This document shows, piece after piece, positions 25,315 through 37,256 of a stretch of 51,900 nucleotides of DNA (position 1 is the stretch's first letter; every line of letters starts with the position of its first letter). The DNA is from Chiloscyllium plagiosum (Eukaryota). The stretch covers positions 4,353,626 to 4,405,525 of the forward strand of contig NC_057752.1 in assembly GCF_004010195.1 (NCBI RefSeq), written 5' to 3'. Below the pieces are notes generated by a model. The model was not told the origin of the DNA, did no database searches, and saw nothing but the letters and a program-made list of their open reading frames with translations. Made by a program: the position numbers and the translations under genes.

Positions 25315-27136
25315 AGGAGAAAGTGAGGACTGCAGATGCTGGAGATCAGAGTCGAAGAGTGTATTGCTGGAAAAGCACAGCAGGTCAGGCAGCATCCGAG
25401 GAGCAGGAGAGTCAACGTTTCAGGCATAAGCCCCTCATCAGGAATGAGGCTTGTGGCCCAAGGAGGCTGCGAGATAAATGGGAGGAGGATGGGGCTGAAT
25501 TTGAATGGAATTTATTGTCACGTGAACCGAGGCACAGTGAAAAGCTTTGCCTTGCGAGCAATACTGGCAGATCATATCGTTAAGTAGTATAGATAAGCAA
25601 ATAATAGGGAAACAACAGCAAAAGCAAAAACACAGGTACAGGCTAATGTTAAGACTGTTTCGAAACCGGCTGGTGCGTGTGTTCAGGCTTCTGTACCTTC
25701 TCCCTGATGGTAGAGGTTGTAGAAAAACATTGCCAGGGTGGGATGGATCTTTGAGAATGCTGGCGGCCTTTCCGTGACAGCGGGCCTGGTAGACGGATTC
25801 TACAGATGGGAGGTTGACCTTTGTGATTGTCTGGGCTGAGTTCACCACTCTCTGTAACAGTCTCTGATCTTGAATGGCACAGTTGCCACACCAGGTAGTG
25901 ATACATCCAGACAGAATGCCCTCGATGGCGCACCTATAAAAGTTGGCAAGGGTATTCGCCGTCATGCCAAATTTCCTCAGCTGCCTGAGGAAGAAGAGAC
26001 GTTGTTGGGCCTTTGTAACCAGTGCACCCACATGAAGAGTCCAAGAAAGCTTGTTGTGGATGACCCACTCCCAGGAGCTTGACACACCCCACTGGTTCCA
26101 CTCTGTGCTGTTAATGTGTGTGGGGGGGAGGGGGGGGAAGGGGGGGCGTGAGTAACATCNNNNNNNNNNNNNNNNNNNNNNNNNNNNNNNNNNNNNNNNN
26201 NNNNNNNNNNNNNNNNNNNNNNNNNNNNNNNNNNNNNNNNNNNNNNNNNNNNNNNNNNNNNNNNNNNNNNNNNNNNNNNNNNNNNNNNNNNNNNNNNNNN
26301 NNNNNNNNNNNNNNNNNNNNNNNNNNNNNNNNNNNNNNNNNNNNNNNNNNNNNNNNNNNNNNNNNNNNNNNNNNNNNNNNNNNNNNNNNNNNNNNNNNNN
26401 NNNNNNNNNNNNNNNNNNNNNNNNNNNNNNNNNNNNNNNNNNNNNNNNNNNNNNNNNNNNNNNNNNNNNNNNNNNNNNNNNNNNNNNNNNNNNNNNNNNN
26501 NNNNNNNNNNNNNNNNNNNNNNNNNNNNNNNNNNNNNNNNNNCCCTCTTGGAACAGGCAGGGACAGTGGCCTGCTGCAGGGAGAGGTTGCAGATGTCCGA
26601 GAAGACCTCTGTCAGTTGATCTGAGCATGCTCTGAGTGCACGGCCTGGTACTCCGTCTGGTCCCATCGCTTTCCTTGGATTCACAGGAAGGAAAACTGAT
26701 CTGACCTCTGATGCAGTGACTGTTGGGATAGGTTTGTCCAGACTTATTGGAATAGGTGTTACCTCTCCGCCGAAATTCTTCTCAAAGTGAGCGTAGAAGG
26801 CGTTGAGATGATCTGGGAGGGATATGTCATCATCTGCTATCTTGCACTGTCTCTGGGGGGAAGGGAGCTGAGAATGTGATAGGTGGATGGAGGTGGGGGT
26901 GAAGGTGATAGACCATTATGCATCCCTCTGACCTATCACCTTCACCCCCACCTCCATCTACCTATCACATTCCCAGCTCCTTTCCCCCCAGCCCCAACCC
27001 CCTCCTATTCATCTCTCATCCCCCTTGGCCCACAAGCCTCATTCCTGATGAAGGGCTTATACTCCAAACGTCGATTCTCCTGTTCCTCGGATGCTGCCTG
27101 ACCGGCTGTGCTTTTCCAGCACCACACTCTTTGACT
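25315..27136. mobile_element. Penelope fold-back element split by a Rex1/Babar insertion
   Basis: Left arm 25315-25497 continues at 26853-26909; inverted right arm about 26925-27136; cagaatttac at 25303-25312 and 27138-27147. Confidence 0.8.
25497..26852 (-). mobile_element. Rex1/Babar non-LTR retrotransposon 3' portion (contains an assembly gap)
   Basis: PRKAMGPDGVPGRALRACSDQL; KAQQRLFFLRQLRKFG...FYRCAIEGILSGCITTW...DPSHP...LPSGRRYRSL..RTSRFRNS; (attca/ttcaaa)-type tail. Confidence 0.9.
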
Positions 27137-27750
27137 GCAGAATTTACAGTCACTTACAGAGGAAGCACAACAGCAGATGTGAAAATCTTGGTCAATGGAA
27201 AATGTGTCCTGTGAAAGTACAATAGAATTGATTCTAAGCTTTCAAAGCTCCTGGCAACTGGGGTTTGTAGGTTTCTCCAGCTGCACGTTGTTAATATCTC
27301 ATGAAGTGCAGAAGCTTAAAGGATAACACTGGTTATATCACAAAAACAATCATATTGCAGCCTATTGTTTTACAACAGTCACAAGATTCAGCTTTCAAAG
27401 CTGTTAAAATAGCCAATCATTGTGGGGGGATTGCTGGCTTGGAATAAAACCCCCTGTCATGCAGCACTTGCTCCCATTGTACAGTTCACACATCATTCCA
27501 TTCACCTTCCAGCCTTTCAAAGTTGCAAACAATAACAGTTGAGGAAAAGGATAGAGTAACAGGGACTTGGAAATACATTCAAAACTGATCACTGATATCA
27601 GCCTTCAAAAGGTTATGGATATATTCCATTTTCTTCTTTTGGTTCCTGCAACACTGTTTGATGAAAAGCATTCATTTTTTTTTCAAAATTTCAAACAGTT
27701 AATCAGGTAAAGAAAGTCCTGCTTGTAAACAAACTAGAATCATGGAGTCA

Positions 27751-28068
27751 CCATAGAATCCCTGCAGTGAGAAAGCTGGCCATTCAGCCCATCGAATTCA
27801 CACTGACCCTCCAAGACCTATCTCCCGACCTCATTCCTGTAACCCACATTTCCCATGACTAACCCATCTACGTCCCTGAACATTATGGACACTATAGCAT
27901 GGGCAATCCACCCTAACTTGCACATCTTTGGACTGTGGGAGGAAACTGTGGGAGCACCTGGTGGAAACCCACACAGACACGGGGAGAATGTGCAAAATCC
28001 ACACAGACAGTCGCCTGGGGGTCCCTGGCACTGTAAGGCATCCCTGCTAACCACTGAGCCACCGTGCT
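27751..28068 (-). mobile_element. Diverged HE1-type V-SINE
   Basis: V-domain 'cacatctttggactgtgggaggaaac' and head. Confidence 0.8.
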
Positions 28069-28379
28069 TCCCAGATGTTAAAGGGACATTTGGATTTTTC
28101 TGACTGGGGATACAAAATACCTTATATAGTTTTGGAGATAAACTCTCAACAGTGAGACCTAGGTCACAGTATACAGTCCGTCTACAATTATTCAATTTCT
28201 ATTGTTCATTTAGAAACTCACACTCGTCAGAACTTGATTTGCCAAAAATTTGCAATGGCTTTGGAGTCAGCCTTTTCGGTTAGTTATGGTTATCACGGTT
28301 GGTAATGGCATTTGCTGATCCGTCACCATAATGTTCACCTTCCCCTTAACTGTGTCAGTTCAGAAACATCAGTTCCCTG

Positions 28380-29060
28380 CAATGTGTGTGCATGCATTGA
28401 TATGTAAACATTCCCATGCAAATCAAACAAGGTGGCAGTTTGGGGCAGCTGGAAACCCAGAGCAAAGCTGTGAAAGCTTTTGTTTTGAGCAGCCTAGTAG
28501 TATGGAAAAGACCGTCACCCATGTCTTTCAGGACTTTGCAAAAGAAGGTCTGGAGAGAGATGCAGCGGATCTTTGTCGAGGTTAATAGTGAGCTGCTCCA
28601 TGACGCAGGATTCTGGTGCTCTATGGGCTGTTCCCAAGGATTCACACCAAGTCAGACATCAACTGTTGTTGGAGGATCATCAGCTTGGTGAAAGAAGTCT
28701 TTGGTTTGCCGAAAACTTAGCCTTCCGGAGTAAAGAGCCGTTGATGACTGAGTGTTGCAGACTGGGACATTCCAAGGTCTAGGACTATGTGCTGAGGATG
28801 CACTGAAGTTTGCGGCAACTGTCATTGAGGCACAATGGGGAAAGGCCAGTATCTAAGGGTTCTCATCCTTAATACACCAAGGTGTCGGAACCTGTGGAAA
28901 GCCCCTCAGCCTGTATACACCATGGAATGTTTGACACAAAATGTATATGTGTGCATTGTAAAATACTGATAATTGGAATGACAAGTGTAGTGAGGCACCT
29001 CATGGACTGTAAATAAAGAAACTGATCTCCATTACACTTTATATAATGTACCTTTATACA
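28380..29060 (+). mobile_element. Tx1/L1-clade LINE 3' remnant (zf-RVT region plus 3' UTR)
   Basis: Frameshifted 'EKTVTHVFQ..FAKKVWREMQ..LSR..TQDS..LYGLFP..INCCWRI..LWFAENL..TECCRLGHSKV.DYVLR'; aataaa near 29012. Confidence 0.8.
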
Positions 29061-29703
29061 TTTTATGAACAAGGTATATTTTGGAGAGTAAATACCACAG
29101 ATGTTTTCTTTACAGAAGACGTATGTCCGTTAAATATTAGTAATACTTTACTTTTTGTCACCTTTTTTATCATTGCGATTGAAAGTACTCTTGGATTTGA
29201 GCCAAACATTTGTAGGTTCAAGCCCCAGCGGTGATGGAAAGCTTTTCAAAGGAGAGACCTTTCACCACTAATTCTGACTTGTTTGCAGACACGATTCAGT
29301 TATTGTTTGCACAATTCTCACAATACCCAATGATTCCAGTTTTCCGGTTCCATTCCCTCTGATTTACATTTAATGCAAACACCTTGAGGTTGAGATTGTT
29401 ATGGAGGAGATCCCACCCACCTTTTTGGACATATCGCATCCTGGTTGATTCTATGTTGCCTTATGTGACCTCTTCAACCAGCCTGCCACTTTATTACTTC
29501 CACACTGAAACCTTTCACGGCTTTTCCGAGCTCTCTAAGCGGCTGCACCCTGTCCAATCAAAACATTTAATCTGCCCTTTGACACCATGTGAGTCTCCAA
29601 CTGCTGCTTCTTGGGGAAACAGCAATTGAATTGCTCTTGCTGCTCACAGCAGAGGCTGCTTCATGTTACGGACACTGAATGCCGATTGCTTGACTGTTTT
29701 TTG

Positions 29704-30018
29704 TAGATTACTTACTTACAGTGTGGAAACAGGCCCTTCGGCCCAACAAGTCCATACCGACCCGCCGAAGCGCAACCCACCCAGACCCATTCCCCTACAT
29801 TTACCCCTTCACCTAACACTACGGGCCATTTAGCATGGCCAATTCACCTAACCTGCACATTTTTGGACTGTGGGAGGAAACCGGAGCACCCGGAGGAAAC
29901 CCACACAGGCACGGGGAGAACCTGCAAACTCCACACAGAGAGTCGCCTGAGGTGGGAATTGAACCCGGGTCTCTGGTGCTGTGAGGCAGCAGTGCTAACC
30001 ACTGTGCCACCGTGCCAC
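29704..30018 (-). mobile_element. HE1-type V-SINE (young)
   Basis: Near-consensus copy. Confidence 0.92.
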
Positions 30019-30019
30019 C

Positions 30020-30480
30020 CATCTCCATTAATCCACAACTGGGACACTTCATTGTCCGTTCTCAGCCTCCAACGTAGTTCCAGTGGAGCTCAGGACAACC
30101 TCGAGGAACGGCACCTCACCTTTCAACTTGGCCCTTTAAGCCTTCTGGACCTAACTCTTGGAACTATTTTAGTTTAGAACCTCTGCCCGCTCTTATATTG
30201 TGTTTCTTTGCTGGTTTGGTTATTTTTCACTTGTTTTTTTCCTTCTCTTTGCTTTATTGGGCATTCAGTCAGCAGTTATTCTGCCATTTATCCTGTTGTG
30301 TACTTGCTCCATTATTTCTTCCTTTTGCCTGGTCTCAAAACCCATTTACCTCAAAACTGATTATGCTTCTAACTTTTCTCAGTTCTGCCGAAACCTCATC
30401 GAGCTCAAACGCTAACTCTGCTTCTCTCTCCGCAAAGACTGCCAGACCTGCTGGGATGTGTTTGCTCTCATGTCTCTAGC
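30020..30480 (+). mobile_element. Old Penelope 3' end: GIY-YIG C-terminus plus decayed pLTR
   Basis: 'SVLSLQRSSSGAQDNLEERHLTFQLGPL' resembles the (R/K)LEEQHLIFRLGTL end of vertebrate Penelope endonucleases; 30385-30460 resembles a decayed hammerhead-bearing pLTR. Confidence 0.7.
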
Positions 30481-31534
30481 TGCTACACGGACCAACATTT
30501 TATCTGCATGTGAACTCCCAGGATTTAGCCAAACCAAAGCATAAAGGCCTGTAATTAGAGGGGTCCACAAAGGCCAGATTTAGGCCTCTAACGAAAGGTA
30601 TCCTCAGGGAAATTAATTCATGAAAAACACTTCTGACACTGAGGTGTTTAAATATACATTCCCATGGCACAATGTCAACTAAAGTGAGAGTGGTCCACAC
30701 AGCTGGCATTTTCAGCAATAGCATGTTTAACATTAAAATACACGAAGGAGGGACATTGGGGGCCCAGAGCAAGTGGTGTCCTATTCCTGATGCTGAACAT
30801 TAGTTGGAAACCTGACATCAAAATCAAGGTGGGCTCCTGAACTGGAGGGGAAAGCCCCCATGTTGGAGCCATGGGACTGCTTTCCCTCGATTTGTGAGGT
30901 AAATCCTCCTCCCCTCCCTCAACAGGTTTCGGCTGGGAGGCCGCTCTCATTTAGCTGGTGGCCTCCTCCAAAGACAGGGGAGTATTCAGTCTAACCCCAA
31001 CCCTATTGCAAGCAGCGTATCAAGAGAGCCATAAAATGGCCGCTAATTGGGCCTTTGATGACGGAAATCCGGGGGCCAGTGAAATTCTGGTCCCGGGTTT
31101 CAAATCCCTGCGTGGGCCTGCTTCTGAATTCCTCTGGCAGCAATATCCTCCAGCCCTACAACCCTCCTCCTCCAATTCTGGCCCCTTCCAGCCTTGGTCA
31201 CCCTTCCATGAACTCCCCTACCATGTTGGAACAACACTGCAAGCAACTAAACCAGTTGTTACCATGGCTAGGAGACAGTTAAACTAGCAATGGGAAAGCA
31301 AGAGTAGTAATTTACTCAGCAACGGTCCCTGGTGTGAGGACGAAAGCCAGTTTGACAGGTTCCAAGAGCTGCAAGCCTTGAGCAATAACTGGCAATGTAC
31401 AATTTCAGGACTTGGCTCAAATGGCTTCATCTGCTTAGTTGCTTTAATAAGATCATGTGTGGAAAACTATAAATGGGATGAGGTAACAACAATAAGGGTA
31501 AAGCATTGCTAACAGAGTAAAATTCCCCATTGAG

Positions 31535-31690
31535 CTTCACAAAGATGTAGTTAGACAAAAATGGACACCAAACTTCAAAGATTGTGGTATTGAGAGCGGT
31601 GAGCAGAGGTACCGAGAGGAGCTGGAGGAAGTTATAAAAACAGCAAGTTTTAGGGAGGGAATTCCAGAGTTTGGACCATAAGGTGCTGGA
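31535..31690 (-). mobile_element. L2 3' fragment
   Basis: 'ttagggagggaattccagag' (LWNSLP motif on the minus strand). Confidence 0.55.
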
Positions 31691-32149
31691 GACACAGTCA
31701 CCCCAGGAGGAAATATTCCATAAAACTGGGGAATGAGACATACTGTATGACTCAGCTTGTTGGTATTTTCCTCACCAACCGATTCAGGGATGTTATGACA
31801 CACCACTGAAGCAAGTGGAACTTGAACCCAGACTCCTCCTGATTCAGAGGTACAGATATTATCACTGTGCCACATGAACCCTTGACTTAGCTTATTTACT
31901 TGTATACAAATGGAGCTCCAGTACGACCAGTATACTCATTTCCAAGTATTGCTGCTTTTGTTTTCCTGTTTTTACCTCTCGGACTAAATGGACAAAGTGA
32001 GAGATGGTAAGGTTAGAGTCAGAGAGTCCAGTGTGGGAGCAAGGTGATTGGGAGGGGTGGCTGTCCCAGAGGATTGTCACTGGCACATAATTCCGTACAA
32101 AGCGTAATTAGTCAATCAGGTCGATTCATCTCTCTGTCATCATGCTGAT

Positions 32150-32285
32150 AACGCAGCCTCTACACGAGGATCTTCAGGCCTCTTACTCATCTCTAATTTT
32201 CATCAAAGCACCATCAGTAGCCATATCTTGAGCTGCCAAAACTCAGCACCTTATGGTCCAAACTCTGGAATGCCCTCCCTAAGCT
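32150..32285 (+). mobile_element. L2 3' fragment
   Basis: 'caccatcagtagccatatcttgagctgcc...ctctggaatgccctccctaa'. Confidence 0.5.
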
Positions 32286-32499
32286 GTTGGTTATGTTGTC
32301 GAAGATACACAGATGATGGGCACTGCTTGACTGAGGACTGGGTTCACAGGCAGAGATAGTAGTGGGGGGGCCTTGTGACACACTGGAATTGTCTTTGTCT
32401 CTGAACCAGAAGGTTTCGGTTCAACTCCCACCTGCCCCCGCAGTGTGCCATACCTGCCTGGAGGGGTTGATTCACAGTAATGAGAAAGAGATTCAGGAG

Positions 32500-32780
32500 A
32501 GATCTTGTGTGGTGCAATTGTGGTGCCCCTATATTTCTGAGTCAGGAGATTTGAGTTTGAGTTCCCATGTGAAAACTCATTGTCCATGGGAGACACATCT
32601 GTAACAGGATAAAATGTATTGCCTATCATATGTAAATCCTTCCAATCCTTCTGATGGCAGACAGTAAGAGAGAATGGAGAGTGTTTCCTGATCGGCCATC
32701 TTGTAGAAGGCAATGGCAAACCACTGCAGTCCTTTGCCCAGAAGTGTGAACCAAGCCAATGGAAGTCTATGACCCACTTT
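32500..32780 (+). mobile_element. Old tRNA-headed SINE with RTE/Bov-A-like segment
   Basis: Head-like 32508-32570; 'agaaggcaatggcaaaccactgcagtcctttgcc' at about 32705-32738. Confidence 0.5.
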
Positions 32781-34499
32781 TGGAAATGGGAGAAAACAGT
32801 CAGGGAGATCATGTGATGCAGTGGGTGATGTCCCTGCCTCTGAGCCAAAAGCTCTGGGTTCAAGTCCCACTTGAGGACCAAGGAAGGCGTATCCATAACG
32901 CAGCTAAACAGATTGACCCAAAGTTTGCACCGACTTTATTTTGTGTTTGCCTTTCGTCTGCCTAGTTTCTCCACTTTCTCACCCCCCCATCCCCTCCTTC
33001 AAGATTGTTGATTTTGTGCTTAGTAATAGAACTAACCTCGGTTCCTCACCCATCTTGGGTACAATAAACAAGACACCGTCCTTAGTAATAGGGAGCCTGT
33101 TGGGATTGGATCAGGGCACAGGGCCAAGGAGCAGCACTAGAGCCTGTGATTTTCTTTAATTTAAAAAAAAATTATTTCGCTTTTTTTTATTCATTCATGG
33201 GATGTGGGCATTGCTGACTCGGCCATAATTTCTTGCCTGACCCTAGTTGCCCTGTGAGAAGGTGGTGATGAGCTGCCCTCTTGAACTGCTGCAGTCCATT
33301 GGGTGTGGGCACACCCCACAATGCTGTTAGGGAGGGAATTTCAGGTCTCCTTTGCAGAGAGATAGCACAGACACAATGGGCTGAATGATCTCTCTGTATC
33401 CTGCAGCCATTTTGTGATTCTAAACGCTGTCAGGGAAATGTTGAACAAAATGGTAAGAAAGACAGAATGGAGTGGGGGTGTCCAGTCTCAGGATTTGGGG
33501 AAGGAAGTTCATCTAAAACATGGGAGAAGCTGATTGTTAAAAGTCAGCAGATTGGTTTTTATTGCTTCGGAGTTCCCTGCTGCTTGCACACTCAATTTGT
33601 GGGATTTTTTTGCTACTTCAATCAGCAGAGTCATTTCCTGCAATCAGATTAGATTAATTTCTGTCGGTCCAAATAGTTAACATCCAGACAACCATTGTGA
33701 CTAATAATTTTTTCTTTTGCCTGTATCACCCCACATCACAGCTATTAACCTCTAACTAGTTGCTGGGGAAGAAAATTTCACTAATACAGACTGGCTATAA
33801 GCAATGTGCATCACCACACCACACTGAGTCAAACCTTGGTTAAACATTATACGTTGTCATGGAAACGGGGAAGAGAAAAATGCCCACTTGATATGGACAT
33901 TGCCCTTTGGACTATCTGTCGATGATTGACTCAGCACCAAACTGATTTTATGTGTGTGTGTGTCATTGTGAAGTGAGTCTGGGCTGTACCGAAACATCCG
34001 AAGTGTTAATGAAGTTCAACTGCACATGCTTAATGTGGCTTGGAATACTGCCTTTACTCCAGTTTCTGACACTATTTCACAAGTAGGGATCTGATATTAC
34101 CTGAGCAGTGTCAATAAGTCAGTGCTCAAAGTTATACTTTTGGGGTTTTAATGGAATTCTCTGACAGTTACAGCATCATGCAAGTTAATAAATGCTCAGC
34201 CTCACCCGTAAATATTACTGATTGATCAACGTTGAATGTTATAAGAATCCATTCCACTACCTAAAACTGAAAAACAGTGACACTGGAAATCTGAAATTAA
34301 AACAGAAATTGCTAACAAACATTCAGTAGGGCAGGCAGCATCTGTGAAGAAAGAAACGGAGTTTCTGTTTCTGTTAGAAGTTGCCCTTCTGTCCCTCTCC
34401 TCCTTGACTTCAGGTTCTGTTCCCCAGCAGGCGCTCTGGTTCCTCACCCACCTGCAGGACAATCCAGTGAGAGTCAGAAATCCAATCAGAGTCAGAATC

Positions 34500-34790
34500 C
34501 TGAGAAATACTTGTTCCCATTTAATGCCATTAACTGAGGAATGAATATTGACCAGTGCACTGGGGGAAACTCCCTTTCTTTTCTTCTTCTTCAAGATGAT
34601 CTCACAGGACCTTTCATATCCATCCAAGATGACAGAGAGGACCTTCAGTTTAGCACCTCACTCAAAGAATAGCACTATTGCATTGGAGAGTCAGCTTTGA
34701 TTTTGTTGCATTCAAGTCCTGAAGTGAGGCTTGAACCCACAACCTTCTGATGCAGGGACCAGATCACTGCCAACTGAGCCAATGGTACCG
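34500..34790 (-). mobile_element. Old Deu-domain SINE
   Basis: 'ctgaggaatgaatattgaccag...ttcttcaagatgatctcacaggacctttcatatccatcc...gcattggagagtcagc...cttgaacccacaaccttctga'. Confidence 0.75.
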
Positions 34791-35994
34791 CCACCACCTC
34801 CATTGAGGCATTGGTTCTCTCCCATTGTTGTATGCCACTGAGCCACAGAGGCATAAGGACAAGGTTGAGCTCAACTATGATGGAGCCCACTCATATTTGC
34901 TGTTTAAGCTTGCAAGTGGTCAGCCTGGGCAGGGAACTCGAGAGCTGCTGCTATCTGTGGAGCTATAGCCAGCATGAATCTTCAGGAGAGCAGGGAAAAC
35001 TGAAAGAAAACAGTGCGGTATTTAGGTAGTCTCTCGCTGGCAAAGAGCTTGAGTCTTGCTGAAAAGAGAAAAGCGCTTGTGAAGCTTTTCATTTTGTACG
35101 CACAATTTGCAGGAATGCCAAATTTCAAACGGTCACAACAAATTATACCAAGCTTTGATTAGTTGGCAAGTTGGTTTTGATTTGCTGAGGCATTGCCATG
35201 GAGAAATCAACAGGAAACGACCCCTCTTTCAGAGAGTGTGTGTGGAACATACCGAATAATCTCTGCAGTTTGCTTTCTTCTTTAGCTATGTAGTTCATGT
35301 GAGCATTGGTGATTCAGGGGTACAATTGGTGATTCAGGGATTTTGTTCCTGGCTGATATATCATTTCTGGCATGGACTCGATGGGCTGAATGGGCTCCTT
35401 CTGGTCTGTAATTGGGTCTACTGCTGTGCAGTCCACCTCCATCTCAAAGGCTACTTGTTGTTATTCCTGTGATGGGCAATGCAGCAGATTGAATCCCAGT
35501 TCAGTTATTTATTTTCCACAAAACAAATACAGGCTTTGTCTACACTGGAGGGGAATAATCTTGATATGGCCTCTGGCAAAACAGATTCCTGATCGCTATG
35601 GAAACCAAGGCACACCTAACGTGGCCATTGCCTCCCTTCACCTGCCTTGTTTACCATAAAAGGAATTGTTCCATAAAGTAATCAAGGTCAATTGCAGATA
35701 AAGAATAAACAGGATGGTTGACAGCGGTTACTTATTTTATTTATACAGTAGGGTTGGAGAGCTGCAGGGTAGAGTCCTCCTTGATTGTCTTTTGTTAAAG
35801 CTGTGAAATTTGGATGTGTTAAATAATGAGTGGTTGGGGGTTGGTTGCACAGTCAGTGGGCTGAGCATTGTTAAGAAACAGTGATTGGCATGCACATGGA
35901 AACTATTTGATTTGCAAAGTACGAAGATGTGAAACCAGTTGAACCTGTGATAATGAATTGGCAGCCAAATTTTTCAACGGCTGAATGGGTGTTA

Positions 35995-36310
35995 GCTGTG
36001 GCACAGTGGGCATAACACTTCCCTCTAGCTCAGGTGGTTGTCAGCTCAGGTCGTACAGCAGGATAAAATCCATATTCCCAGCATAGTTCAGAGGGAGTTC
36101 TGCACTTGGTGCTTCGGATGAGGACTGAGGTCCCCTCTGCTCTCTCAGACAAGCAAGAAAGATCCCACCAAACTATTTTGAAAACAAGCAGGGGCGTTCA
36201 GCCTGGTATCTTGACTAATATTTATCCTACAATCAACATTGCAAAAACAAATTATATGAGCAATGTCACATTGTAGATTGTGACATATTGTGGTACATAA
36301 ACTGGCTACT
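35995..36310 (+). mobile_element. Old Deu-domain SINE
   Basis: 'gagggagttctgcac...ttcggatgagg...aaagatcccac...aatatttatcc'. Confidence 0.7.
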
Positions 36311-36319
36311 TAGACTAAG

Positions 36320-37256
36320 GTATAAAGGGAAATGCAGGATATTGGAACTGAAATTACAGGGAAAATGCAGGGCATTGGGGCTGAAAATATAAAGGGAAAA
36401 CACACGGTATTAGAGCTTAAAGTATGAATGGAGTGCAAGGGCATTAGAGCAGAAAGTAGAGGGGTACATCGAGCATTAGAGCTGAAAGAATAGAGGGAAT
36501 TGGAGGTATTTAGAGCTGAAAGTATAGACAGTATTAGAGCTGCAAGTAAAGAAGGACATTCAAGCTGTTCGAGCTGAAAGTACAGAGGGAAACTCAGGAC
36601 ATTAGAGCTGAAAGTACAGAGGGAAACACAGGGTATGAGAGCTGAAAGTACAGAGGGAAACACAGGACATTAGAGCTGAAAGTACAGAGGGAAACACAGG
36701 GTATTAGAGCTGAAAGGACAGAGGGAAACACAGGCCATTACAGCTGAAAGTACAGAGGGAAACACAGGACATTAGAGCTGAAAGTACAGAGGGAAACACA
36801 GGGTATTAGAGCTGATAGTACAGAAGGAAACACAGGGTATTAGAGCTGAAAGTACAGAGGGAAACTCAGGACATTAGAGCTGAAAGTACAGAGGGAAACA
36901 CAGGGTATTAGAGCTGAAAGTACAGAGGAAAACACAGGACATTAGAGCTGAAAGTACAGAGGGAAACTCAGGACATTAGAGCTGAAAGTACAGAGGGAAA
37001 CACAGGGTATTAGAGCTGAAAGTACAGAGGGAAACACAGGGCATTAGAGCTAAAAGTACAGAGGGAAACACAGGACATTAGAGCTGAAAGTACAGAGGGA
37101 AACACAGGGTATTAGAGCTGAAAGTACAGAGGGAAACACAGGCCATTACAGCTGAAAGTACAGAGGGAAACACAGAACATTAGAGCTGAAAGAACAGAGG
37201 GAAACACAGGGTATTAGAGCTGAATGTACAGAGGGAAACACAGGCCATTACAGCTG
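36320..37256. repeat. 34-bp minisatellite (attagagctgaaagtacagagggaaacacagg[gt/ac]) running into an assembly gap
   Basis: Units start at 36601, 36635, 36669, 36703 and onward; degenerate units at about 36320-36570. Confidence 0.97.

Noticed and set aside
25438..26684. Long ORFs of 396, 235 and 168 aa
   Set aside because: Lengths are inflated by N runs; the real part is Rex1/Babar ORF
30780..31240. GC-richer block as a promoter or MITE
   Set aside because: No clear terminal inverted repeats or CpG-island density could be established by eye
35305..35339. Short local duplication (attggtgattcaggg twice); similar ones at 12782-12814 and 14707-14737
   Set aside because: Ordinary slippage-type microduplications
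36320..37256. CRISPR array (34-bp repeats)
   Set aside because: Units are head-to-tail with no unique spacers, there are no cas genes, and the context is eukaryotic
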